A DNA stretch of 64,000 nucleotides from Candidatus Bruticola sp. (lineage in GTDB: Bacteria > Vulcanimicrobiota > Xenobia > Xenobiales > Xenobiaceae). Both the position numbers and the translations under genes were made by a program. Numbering within the stretch: the stretch's first letter is position 1; every line of letters starts with the position of its first letter. The notes beneath the pieces are model-generated. The model did not search any database, was not told where the DNA came from, and saw only the letters and a list, made by a program, of their open reading frames with translations. Of the stretch, positions 22,914-31,416 are shown one piece after another. The DNA is taken from the NCBI GenBank assembly GCA_051874735.1, contig JBJEGD010000004.1:64001-128000 (forward strand). Reading direction: 5' to 3'.

Positions 22914-23780
22914 ATGATAGTACTAAAAGACATTCACTTCTCTTATCCTAGTCCTAATAGCACTAGTGTTTCGGAACACGCCTCAGATGCTTCTGTTGAG
23001 GAAATTATAAAAGGAATCAGTTTTTCTATTAAACCTGGTGAGTTTGTTTGTCTTTTAGGAGCTAATGGTTCGGGTAAGACAACCTTAGGAAAAATAATAA
23101 ATGGTTTGCTCATTCCCGTAAGCGGTTCTGTAGCTGTTGATGGTCATAAAACGGACGATGAAGAAGATGTTTACAGTGTGCGCCGTTTGGTCGGCATGGT
23201 TTTTCAAGATCCTACTCGTCAGTTAGTGGCTTCAACTATTGAAGATGAATTGGCCTTCGGTCCGGAAAATTTAGGAGTTCCCCCAGCTGAAATTAGAGAA
23301 CGTATCGATTGGGCGTTGCATATTCTCAATTTAGAAAATATTCGTCAGTGCGAACCCCATTATCTGTCAGGCGGGCAGACTCAGCGAGTAGCTATCGCTA
23401 GTGTATTAGTTATGCATCCGCGTTATATTATTATGGATGAACCGACAGCTATGCTCGATCCGGCTGGAAGACGCAGTGTACTCGAAGCTGTTTCTATGCT
23501 GCGTGAATCGTTAGGTATGGCCGTAATTTATATTACTCATCATATGGAAGAAGTTCTTCACTGCCAACGAGTTTTAGCTGTAAAAGACGGGCTTTTAGCT
23601 TTTGATGGCTCTCCTTTAGAACTTTTTGCTAATCGTCAAATAGTCCAGGAACTTTCTTTAGAACTTCCGTCTCTGATAGAATTAATTAACGCTTTGAATG
23701 ACTTAGGGTACAATTTGCCGATGAACTTCTCCTGGCAGCAGACTGCTGAGTATATTGCGGCTAAGTTAAAGCATCAGTAA
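22914..23780 (+). CDS. ecfA1: ECF transporter ATPase EcfA1
   Basis: GANGSGKTT, VFQDP, AFGPENLG, LSGGQ, DEPTAMLDP; position after rplQ. Confidence 0.92.
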   Translation: MIVLKDIHFSYPSPNSTSVSEHASDASVEEIIKGISFSIKPGEFVCLLGANGSGKTTLGKIINGLLIPVSGSVAVDGHKTDDEEDVYSVRRLVGMVFQDPTRQLVASTIEDELAFGPENLGVPPAEIRERIDWALHILNLENIRQCEPHYLSGGQTQRVAIASVLVMHPRYIIMDEPTAMLDPAGRRSVLEAVSMLRESLGMAVIYITHHMEEVLHCQRVLAVKDGLLAFDGSPLELFANRQIVQELSLELPSLIELINALNDLGYNLPMNFSWQQTAEYIAAKLKHQ

Positions 23781-23925
23781 GTATTTTTTTTATAAGTTGT
23801 ACAGCTTTTGTTCTGTAGCTAGGATTGTTACTTTGCTTTACAGAAAAACAGGGTGTTGTTTCATTGATACAAACTCGAACTTGCTGCGTTTTTTTGTTTT
23901 CTGTTTTAATAAAGGTTAGAATTTT

Positions 23926-25122
23926 ATGCGCGTTGCCTTAGATGTAAGACCATTGCAGGTCGGAACGAAATACAGGGGTACAGGTACTTATATAAGGGAG
24001 TTGCTGGAGCAGTATTTAAAGCGTCGCCGTGAAGTTGCGCTTATGGCTTGGCCTGAAGATCCTATAAGTCTGGAGCAGGGGGTGCTCAATTCTTGTGAGA
24101 TAATAAAAGTTCCTAAGAACAGTTCGCTACCGGTGTTTAAAAATTTTGGCTACAAACGCGACGGATTAAAAAATGCAGCTGTTTATCTTGAAGTAGCTAA
24201 GAAAGTAGATCTGCTTCATTTTACAGATCCTCAAGATCTGCGCTTTGGATTCCCTTGGGAGGATATTGGAGTTCCGCGCATTCTTACGGTTCATAACTTA
24301 ATGTCCGTCACTCATAGTGAACTTTTCTTTAATCGCGATTTTATAAAAATGAATCTTCTCAAATTTATTTATCGTGATTATGTTCAGAAATACAGCCAGA
24401 GCGACGCCATTTTAACCGACTCCCAATTTACTGAACATACTCTTCACAATGTTGTGAAAGAGCGGCTTCCTGTAACGAAAACTATCATGTTGGGTATATC
24501 TGATCGCTATGTGCTACCTTATGTAAGTCAGGTTGATGAGTATCGTTTACAGAGGAAGCTTCCTGCTCGTTTTATTCTGCATGTTGGGGCCTTAACTAGC
24601 AATAAGAATGTAGAAGCTTTACTTCAGTCTACGGCGCCCGTTTGCAATTGGCCGTTTGTTTTTGCGGGGCCTTACTCTGAAGAAGAAAAAGAGTATTTTA
24701 CTTCTAAGTATCCTCAGCAGAAAATTTTCTGGTTAGGTTATGTAGATCGTGAAGAGTTGCCGATGCTTTACGCTGCTGCCAGTTTGATGGCCTTTCCGTC
24801 TTTAATAGAGGGATTTGGCTTACCTATTTTAGAGGCTATGGCTGTTGGTACGCCAGTGATTTGTTCTAATACTTCCAGTATGGTAGAGGTGGCTGGAAGT
24901 GCTGCTATTACTTTTAATCCTCAAAAATTTGACGAAATTCGCAATGCTATATATATGGTTATGAACGATGAAAATCTGCGCATGCAGATGCGCACGAGAG
25001 GTTTAGAACGAGCTCAACATTTATCATGGAGAAGAACGGCCGATACTACTTGGATGTTTTATGAAGGAATTGTTGAGGAGTACCAACGACGCCGCAAAAA
25101 ACGTGCTATGTCAGGCGTATAA
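23926..25122 (+). CDS. glycosyltransferase family 4 (GT-B)
   Basis: FPSLIEGFGLPILEAMAVGTPV, KN motif, SWRRTA. Confidence 0.9.
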   Translation: MRVALDVRPLQVGTKYRGTGTYIRELLEQYLKRRREVALMAWPEDPISLEQGVLNSCEIIKVPKNSSLPVFKNFGYKRDGLKNAAVYLEVAKKVDLLHFTDPQDLRFGFPWEDIGVPRILTVHNLMSVTHSELFFNRDFIKMNLLKFIYRDYVQKYSQSDAILTDSQFTEHTLHNVVKERLPVTKTIMLGISDRYVLPYVSQVDEYRLQRKLPARFILHVGALTSNKNVEALLQSTAPVCNWPFVFAGPYSEEEKEYFTSKYPQQKIFWLGYVDREELPMLYAAASLMAFPSLIEGFGLPILEAMAVGTPVICSNTSSMVEVAGSAAITFNPQKFDEIRNAIYMVMNDENLRMQMRTRGLERAQHLSWRRTADTTWMFYEGIVEEYQRRRKKRAMSGV

Positions 25123-25150
25123 ATGAGTCAATAGGCTAAAATCAGTTGCC

Positions 25151-26014
25151 ATGGAGCCGATTATTCAGTTAGAAAACGTTAGCTTTACTTATATGGATGG
25201 TACTCCTTTTGCCAAAAAGGCACTCTCTGGGGTGTCTTTATCCATTTTTGCAGGAGAGGCTGTTGGCATAGTTGGAGCTACAGGGAGCGGAAAATCTACT
25301 TTAATTCAGCATTTTAATGGTTTATTGCGGGCTGAATCAGGAATTGTAAAAATCAAAGGGGTAAATATAGATCGTGGAGTAAGCGGAGCGAATTTGGCCT
25401 CAGTTCGGTTTTCGGTGGGGCTGCTCTTTCAGTTCCCTGAGCAGCAGCTGTTTGAAGAGACTGTTTTCGCCGACGTCTCTTTTGGCCCGCGCAATATGGG
25501 ACTGGCTGAATCTGAAATTGAAGAGCGAGCTGAGGAAGCAATTAAGCTAGTCGGTTTAGATTATATAGACTATAGGCACATTTCGCCTTTTTTGCTCTCA
25601 GGAGGAGAAAAGCGCCGAGCCGCTTTAGCAGGAATTTTATCTATGCGTCCGGACTGTCTAGTGTTGGATGAACCCACAGCTGGCCTAGATCCCAGAGGTA
25701 CAGAAGAAATTCTGTCACTCCTCAATAAGTTAAAGCGGAGAGGAAACACTATTATTATGGTATCTCACCGCTTTTCTGAACTAGCTCAAATCTGTGATCG
25801 GTTGGTAGTTATGGGCAGTGGTAAAGTGTTGGCTGACGGCCCTCTTTCTAAAGTTCTTTATTCTGAACGTTCTTTACGGGAAGCTAAATTAGAAGCTCCC
25901 GATATATGCAGAATATGTGCCTATCTGCAGCTTGGAGTTTCTGAAGGTGAATATCCTGTTTCAGTTGAGGAGGCAGTTAAATTTATAGAAAGACTGCGTT
26001 ACTCCGGGATTTAG
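25151..26014 (+). CDS. ecfA2: ECF transporter ATPase EcfA2
   Basis: YMDGTPF, GATGSGKST, FQFPEQQLFEETV, SPFLLSGGEKRR. Confidence 0.93.
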   Translation: MEPIIQLENVSFTYMDGTPFAKKALSGVSLSIFAGEAVGIVGATGSGKSTLIQHFNGLLRAESGIVKIKGVNIDRGVSGANLASVRFSVGLLFQFPEQQLFEETVFADVSFGPRNMGLAESEIEERAEEAIKLVGLDYIDYRHISPFLLSGGEKRRAALAGILSMRPDCLVLDEPTAGLDPRGTEEILSLLNKLKRRGNTIIMVSHRFSELAQICDRLVVMGSGKVLADGPLSKVLYSERSLREAKLEAPDICRICAYLQLGVSEGEYPVSVEEAVKFIERLRYSGI

Positions 26015-26252
26015 TTTTTTTGATACTTGCAGAGAATAATCCGCTTGCGCGTTATTTCGCTATTTTTTTGGCTTTTATTAAAAAATAATGAACATTTTTA
26101 TAATCTGTACTAAATATTAGGTATTATTTGCGCATATTTTTATTTTTAACTATTAACTTTTTGATAGTATTGCGTTATAAAACCTGTGTACAAAGTATAT
26201 AACTGTTTTCATACTTCTTAAGTAAGATGAAAAATGGAGGAATAACATTTCT

Positions 26253-26720
26253 ATGAATAGCATTGTCGATTATAACAATCAGATGTGCGCTCAGTGGGGA
26301 GCTGCCCCAATAGAGGCACCTAAAGTTAATACTACTGCTGGTAAAACCGTTGGTGCCGCTGTAGGTGCTGCTGTCGGTTCTGTTGGTGGTCCTGTTGGTG
26401 CCGTCGTAGGCGGTGCTATCGGTTCTGTAGTCGGTGGCGGCGTGCAAAAAGTGTTCTCGAGCCAGCTCGGAGGTACTATTGGCGGTACTGCAGTCGGCGG
26501 TGTGGCCGGTTCTGTTATAGGCGGTGTGCTTGGTGGCCCTGTAGGCAGCATGATCGGTTCCAAGATCGGTGGCGCTATCGGTGGTTTGCTTGGGCGTGCT
26601 ATCGGCGGACATTCTGAGCAGAAGAGAGTTAACGAGTTCAGTCAGCAGCTTATGATGCAATATCAGCAGGCCGGCACCAATATGGCTAATTACTATATGA
26701 ATGGTGGTTTAGGCCTATAA
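26253..26720 (+). CDS. glycine-zipper protein 1 (155 aa)
   Basis: Two GxxxG-rich hydrophobic segments joined by VFSSQLGG; GGAGG RBS; no signal peptide. Confidence 0.8.
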   Translation: MNSIVDYNNQMCAQWGAAPIEAPKVNTTAGKTVGAAVGAAVGSVGGPVGAVVGGAIGSVVGGGVQKVFSSQLGGTIGGTAVGGVAGSVIGGVLGGPVGSMIGSKIGGAIGGLLGRAIGGHSEQKRVNEFSQQLMMQYQQAGTNMANYYMNGGLGL

Positions 26721-26748
26721 GGTTTCCTAGCTTAGGCTATGTAAGAGT

Positions 26749-26777
26749 GCCTCCTTTTGTACTGAGGGGGCTTTTTT
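26749..26777 (+). terminator. intrinsic terminator after glycine-zipper gene 1
   Basis: GCCTCCTT/GAGGGGGC stem plus T6. Confidence 0.7.
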
Positions 26778-26815
26778 ATTTGTTTTTCTTTTGGAAGTAA
26801 AAATCTAAATTTGTA

Positions 26816-26842
26816 TTTACTTCCCGTAAAAATGTGTGATAA
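26816..26842 (+). promoter_or_regulatory. shared promoter-like motif upstream of glycine-zipper gene 2
   Basis: TTTACTT-N10-TGTGTGATAA, with identical boxes at 27856-27882. Confidence 0.6.
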
Positions 26843-26920
26843 AAAAGTAGGTCAAAAATTAAATAGTAATTTAGCAACTTTTAACAGTATTGGGTTGCTG
26901 AGTATTGGAGGTTTTCGAAT

Positions 26921-27763
26921 ATGTCTAATGCGTTAAGTATTGCAGGATCTATGGCTCCTATGACTATGCAGGTAAGTGATCTTAATACGGCTCGATCCAT
27001 GTATGCCATGATCGAAGAACAGCAGAAGAGTCAAGAGCAAAAATCTATTCTCGGTAAAATCGCTGGTGGTCTTGTTGGAGGCCTCTTAGGCGCTGTTGGC
27101 GGTCCTGCTGGTATGGTGGTAGGAGCTGGTTTAGGTGTAGCTGCTGCTAGTGGTGCTGAGCAAGTGTTCTCTACCGAAAAGGGCGGCAATGTCGGTGGCG
27201 CTGTTGTTGGCGGTTTAGTCGGCAGCGCTTTCGGACCTATCGGCACTTTGGCTGGTGGTGCTATTGGCACCTTAATCGGCGGCAAAATTGGCGAAAAGAA
27301 TGAACAGCAGAATGCTCTTGCCAATTATGGTTATATGTCTATGATGTATCCTTCCATGATGGGAGGCAATTTGGGCGTTGGATTAGGGTTGAGTGGCATT
27401 GGCATGGGCAGCGGCATGCTTGCGGGCATCGGCACCAATAATATGTACAATTACAGCAATAATGGCTACAATTTCTCAACTTCGTTGGGCAATATGAACG
27501 GTATGAATAGCATGTACGGCATGTATGGTATGAACGGCATGTCTGGTATGTCCGGTATGTCCGGTTTCTCTAGTGCGGCCGGTGTGGCGACCATGGCTTC
27601 TGCTCAGTTTCAGAATATGCAGGCAGCTTCTAGTATGATGGCCAATTATCTGAACACTTATGGCTCCGATTTGAGCAGTGTTATTAACATGTACGGCGGT
27701 ACCGATAGTTTAATGCAGTCTTTTAATACCAGTTACATGAATTCTATGAATAATATAAAGTAG
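26921..27763 (+). CDS. glycine-zipper protein 2 with Met/Gly/Asn/Tyr-rich C-terminus (280 aa)
   Basis: GKIAGGLVGG...VFSTEKGG...KIGEKNE core shared with neighbours; GGAGG RBS. Confidence 0.8.
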   Translation: MSNALSIAGSMAPMTMQVSDLNTARSMYAMIEEQQKSQEQKSILGKIAGGLVGGLLGAVGGPAGMVVGAGLGVAAASGAEQVFSTEKGGNVGGAVVGGLVGSAFGPIGTLAGGAIGTLIGGKIGEKNEQQNALANYGYMSMMYPSMMGGNLGVGLGLSGIGMGSGMLAGIGTNNMYNYSNNGYNFSTSLGNMNGMNSMYGMYGMNGMSGMSGMSGFSSAAGVATMASAQFQNMQAASSMMANYLNTYGSDLSSVINMYGGTDSLMQSFNTSYMNSMNNIK

Positions 27764-27790
27764 TAGCTTGTGAAATAATAATATTGGGCT

Positions 27791-27831
27791 AAAAAAGCCT
27801 CTGCCAGAAGTACTGGGCAGAGGCTCTTTTT
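27791..27831 (+). terminator. intrinsic terminator after glycine-zipper gene 2
   Basis: AGCCTCTGCC/GGCAGAGGCT stem flanked by A and T runs. Confidence 0.75.
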
Positions 27832-27855
27832 ATGTTATTTTAACTAAAAGCAGTC

Positions 27856-27882
27856 TTTACTTTTGTCTTAACTGTGTGATAA
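27856..27882 (+). promoter_or_regulatory. shared promoter-like motif upstream of glycine-zipper gene 3
   Basis: TTTACTT-N10-TGTGTGATAA, 77 nt before the ATG. Confidence 0.6.
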
Positions 27883-27958
27883 GAGAATCAGATAAAAATA
27901 CAATAAAGATTCGGCCATTGCTAATTTTAATACTGATGCCGAATACAGGAGGTTTATA

Positions 27959-29446
27959 ATGACAATGATGACTTCAACCCAGATGAATCAGATGGTTCTC
28001 AATAATTATCAGCAGCAGGCTGCCGAGAGCCAAGAAAAGAAATCCATGTTTGGAAAAATTCTGGGCGGATTAGCTGGTGGTGTTACCGGATTTCTCGTTG
28101 GAGGTCCAGTTGGAGCTGTTGTTGGTGCTGGTGCCGGTGTAGCTGCCGCAAAGGGTGCTGAGACAGTTTTTTCTACTGAAAAGGGCGGTAAGGTCGGCGG
28201 CGGTGTAACCGGCGGTTTAGTTGGAGCTGCTCTGGGCGGTCCTATTGGTGCCGGTATTGGTGCCCTGATTGGCTCTAAGATCGGAGGCAATGTCGGCTCT
28301 AAAAATGAAGCTACCAATAATTTCATCAATAGCGGCAGTTACAGCTGCTATCCTTCTCTCGGTCAGGGAATGAATGGTCTCGGCACTGCCGGATTCTACA
28401 GTCAGATGCCTGGCATGTACAATAATGGCAGAAATATAAATTACAATGGCACTATATTTGGCGATAGTGCTGTTCGCTTCGGTGGCAATGGCAACGATAC
28501 TATTCGTATGAATGGCGGTTTCGGTAAAGATGTGATTAGCTCTTACGGAGGCCGTGGCAATGATTATATGGTTAGTTCTGGTGGTTACGGCAACGATCGT
28601 ATTCGTATGAGTGGCGGCAGTGGTAACGATTATATGGTAGGTCAGGGCGGTGCCGGTCGCGACTATATCAACATGAATGGCGGTTCTGGTCGCGATTTTA
28701 TGGTTGCTGAGGGTGGATCCGGGCGCGACTATATCAACATGAACGGTGGTTCTGGACGCGATGTCATGATCGCTAACGGCGGTTCTGGTCGCGACTTCAT
28801 CAACATGAATGGCGGCTCTGGCGATGATATTATGATCGCTTCCGGCGGCTCTGGTAAAGACAGAGTTCGTATGAGTGGTGGCACTGGAAATGATAAGATG
28901 TACTATCAGGTTGGTTCTGGCAAGGACAGAGTGACCATTGACGGCGGCGAAGGCAACAGGGATCGCTTTACCATGCAGGTTAAACCTGAAGACAATGTTA
29001 CTGTTTTAGATAAAGATGGTAACGTCCTCTACAAGCAAGGTAACGGCGGTACTGTTGTTACCGTAGATAATATCAACCAGTTCAGCGTTGTTGGCCAGAA
29101 TGGAGAGCCGGTTTTCTCCGCTGCTAATAATGGTAATGGCTTCCAGGCTGTTCCCGCTGGCATTTTTGAAGTGATGGATGCTTTCCAGGCTGGCGGTATG
29201 TACGGTAACATGGGTGGCATGTACGGCAACATGGGCGGCATGTACGGTAACATGGGCGGCATGTACGGTAACATGGGTGGCATGTATGGCAACATGGGCG
29301 GCATGTACGGTAACATGGGTGGCATGTATGGCAACATGGGCGGTATGTATGGTGGTAGTATAATGCCCTTCTATGGCTATAATGGAGTCTTCTCTGGAAG
29401 CGAAGCTCTCATGGGCTACCAGAACAACCAGTTCTACGGCTTCTAA
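27959..29446 (+). CDS. glycine-zipper protein 3 with RTX-like GGxGxD repeats and GGMYGNM repeat tail (495 aa)
   Basis: Same zipper core, 13 GGxGxD units, (GGMYGNM)7; AGGAGG RBS. Confidence 0.85.
   Translation: MTMMTSTQMNQMVLNNYQQQAAESQEKKSMFGKILGGLAGGVTGFLVGGPVGAVVGAGAGVAAAKGAETVFSTEKGGKVGGGVTGGLVGAALGGPIGAGIGALIGSKIGGNVGSKNEATNNFINSGSYSCYPSLGQGMNGLGTAGFYSQMPGMYNNGRNINYNGTIFGDSAVRFGGNGNDTIRMNGGFGKDVISSYGGRGNDYMVSSGGYGNDRIRMSGGSGNDYMVGQGGAGRDYINMNGGSGRDFMVAEGGSGRDYINMNGGSGRDVMIANGGSGRDFINMNGGSGDDIMIASGGSGKDRVRMSGGTGNDKMYYQVGSGKDRVTIDGGEGNRDRFTMQVKPEDNVTVLDKDGNVLYKQGNGGTVVTVDNINQFSVVGQNGEPVFSAANNGNGFQAVPAGIFEVMDAFQAGGMYGNMGGMYGNMGGMYGNMGGMYGNMGGMYGNMGGMYGNMGGMYGNMGGMYGGSIMPFYGYNGVFSGSEALMGYQNNQFYGF
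28481..28963 (+). repeat. 33-nt / 11-aa coding repeat, GGxGxD-xxxxx
   Basis: 13 perfect and 2 degenerate GGxGxD units at an exact 11-residue period. Confidence 0.9.
29192..29353 (+). repeat. 21-bp coding tandem repeat (GGMYGNM)x7 plus a partial copy
   Basis: GGYGGYATGTAYGGYAACATG units differing only at synonymous sites. Confidence 0.95.
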
Positions 29447-29540
29447 AAAATTCTTAATATAGGTGATAATCGGACTTCATTAAGTTGCTCTGTCCATTGA
29501 AGTTTTCTTTGAAGTTCGGTTCCCGTTTATAAATATAAAA

Positions 29541-29596
29541 GGGTCTCAGCCATTTTAGTTTGCAGCTCCATTCTAAAATGGGTGAGACTTTTTTTT
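29541..29596 (+). terminator. intrinsic terminator after glycine-zipper gene 3
   Basis: GTCTCA-G-CCATTTTAG / CTAAAATGG-G-TGAGAC stem plus T8. Confidence 0.7.
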
Positions 29597-29725
29597 ACCT
29601 CTTTTATTTATAGTTTTTCAGAAGGGTTAAAGTTGATTGTCTCTAAAAACTGAGTCGCTTTAGGGCAGTGATAGTATATAAGTCCTGACTAGTCTCGATG
29701 CTTACTTCTTGCAGAAATAGTAAAT

Positions 29726-30553
29726 ATGATGGAAATAAAGTCTATATTTAAATGTTGTATTTTAGGTTGTGGTAAAATGGGGGAAGCTATTTTAAAGGCT
29801 ATTCTCAGTAAAGAAGTGTTTTCTGCTGATGAATTGGCCGTTGTTGAAGCCGATTCTCAAACTAGAGATAGAATAGAAAAAAAGTATCAGGTTTCGGTGT
29901 TCGATGATTGCTGTAGAGCTGCTTGGGCTAGTGATATTGTTGTTTTAGCTGTTAAGCCCAATGTTGTGGGGGCAGTCGCTCAAAAATTGGGGCATAAGCT
30001 TAGAGAAGAACAGCTTCTTATAAGTATTGCTGCTGGAGTAACTCTTGAGCAGTTGATGATAATGTTCGGCAGTAAGCGGGTTGTGCGGGTTATGCCTAAT
30101 TTAGCGGCCCAAATTTCCCAGGCCGCTTCTGTATGGACGGCTGCGGCTGATCTGGATGAATTGAGTAAAAATAAAGTCTTAAAAATACTCTGTTCTATTG
30201 GAAAAGCTGTTTATGTAGATAATGATAATTTAATTGATGTTGGTACCGCTGTGTCTGGCTCCGGACCGGCTTATTTGTATTTATTTATGGAAGCTTTAAC
30301 TGATGCAGGAGTCCGTTTAGGATTAACGAGGCAGCAGGCGACAGAACTTACTTTGAATATGGTGCATGGAGCTGTTTCGTTAGCTGCCGAGAGCGGTCAA
30401 TCTTTCAGTGATTTGCGTTATAAAGTTACTACTCCTGGAGGAACAACAGCTGAGGCGGTCAGCTGCTTAGAAAAGGGAGCTTTCAGAGCCGTTATTGATG
30501 AAGCTGTCAATGCTTGTTGGGAGAAGAGCCGTCAATTATCCAAACTTAATTAG
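29726..30553 (+). CDS. proC: pyrroline-5-carboxylate reductase
   Basis: LGCGKMG, LAVKP, RVMPN, SGSGPAY, VTTPGGTT. Confidence 0.97.
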   Translation: MMEIKSIFKCCILGCGKMGEAILKAILSKEVFSADELAVVEADSQTRDRIEKKYQVSVFDDCCRAAWASDIVVLAVKPNVVGAVAQKLGHKLREEQLLISIAAGVTLEQLMIMFGSKRVVRVMPNLAAQISQAASVWTAAADLDELSKNKVLKILCSIGKAVYVDNDNLIDVGTAVSGSGPAYLYLFMEALTDAGVRLGLTRQQATELTLNMVHGAVSLAAESGQSFSDLRYKVTTPGGTTAEAVSCLEKGAFRAVIDEAVNACWEKSRQLSKLN

Positions 30554-30627
30554 ATCTTTTTAGAAAATCTCATAGGCCATAATCTTGATCGCCTAATTAG
30601 AGGTGTAATATCAGAATTCTCAGCAAT

Positions 30628-31416
30628 TTGACTTTGGGACAGTATGTACCCGGAAATAGCTTTCTACATAGATTAGATCCCAGAACAAAATTAGTTATAG
30701 TAGCTATGGCCATGTTGGCTATTTTTTGTCTTGATAATCCGATCTGCCTTTTGTCTGTCGGTTTAATTTCTTTGCTTTTGGGCATGGCTGCCAAATTAAA
30801 AGTCGGTTTCATGCTGCGGGGACTGCGTTTAGTTTGGCTGTTTGCTTTTTTTTCTCTTGTTTTTAATATGTTTTTGGTGCCAGGAGATGTGTGCTTCTCC
30901 ATTGCCGGTTGGGAAGTTACTTATCAGGGAATTTGGCGCGGCTTAGCTATGGGGCTTCGACTAGTGATTCTCGTTTTGCTAACTTCTATACTGTCTTTAA
31001 CCACTTCTCCTATTATGCTGACTGATGGTATGGAAAAGCTACTTTCTCCGGGACAGTATTTAGGCATTCCGACCCATGAACTAGCTATGGTTTCCACCAT
31101 AGCTCTGCGCTTTGTTCCTACTTTGGCTCAAGAGATGGAAACTATTATTAAAGTTCAGCTGGCCAGAGGAGCCTCTCTTGACAGGGGAAGCCTAATCCAG
31201 AGAGCAAGAGCACTGCTTCCTATTATGATTCCACTTTTTGTCAGTGCTTTTCGTCATGCTGAAGATTTGGCTTGGGCTATGGAAGCGCGCTGTTACAGAG
31301 GAGGGCAGGGAAGAACCCGTTTGCATGAATTGCATTTAGGATTAGCTGATGTAATCGCCGTTATGGCCATTGCCGCATTATTTATATTTTTTAAAGTATT
31401 GGAATATCATATCTAA
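30628..31416 (+). CDS. ecfT: ECF transporter transmembrane component EcfT
   Basis: LGQYVPGNSFLHRLDPRTK, IALRFVPT, QLARG, AMEARCY; true start may be ATT at 30616. Confidence 0.93.
   Translation: MTLGQYVPGNSFLHRLDPRTKLVIVAMAMLAIFCLDNPICLLSVGLISLLLGMAAKLKVGFMLRGLRLVWLFAFFSLVFNMFLVPGDVCFSIAGWEVTYQGIWRGLAMGLRLVILVLLTSILSLTTSPIMLTDGMEKLLSPGQYLGIPTHELAMVSTIALRFVPTLAQEMETIIKVQLARGASLDRGSLIQRARALLPIMIPLFVSAFRHAEDLAWAMEARCYRGGQGRTRLHELHLGLADVIAVMAIAALFIFFKVLEYHI

Noticed and set aside
22914-26014. ABC ATPases as the type I exporter of the RTX-like protein
   Set aside because: They carry EcfA signatures and lack the TM and peptidase domains of T1SS ABC proteins
26175-29337. Pro-rich minus-strand ORFs such as (MLPYMPP)n
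   Set aside because: Reverse complements of Gly-rich coding repeats; RBS and terminators support the plus strand
29192-29353. CRISPR-like array
   Set aside because: Contiguous 21-bp in-frame units with no unique spacers and no cas genes
26015-29725. Mobile element or prophage carrying the glycine-zipper genes
   Set aside because: No integrase, transposase, att-like direct repeats or terminal inverted repeats seen
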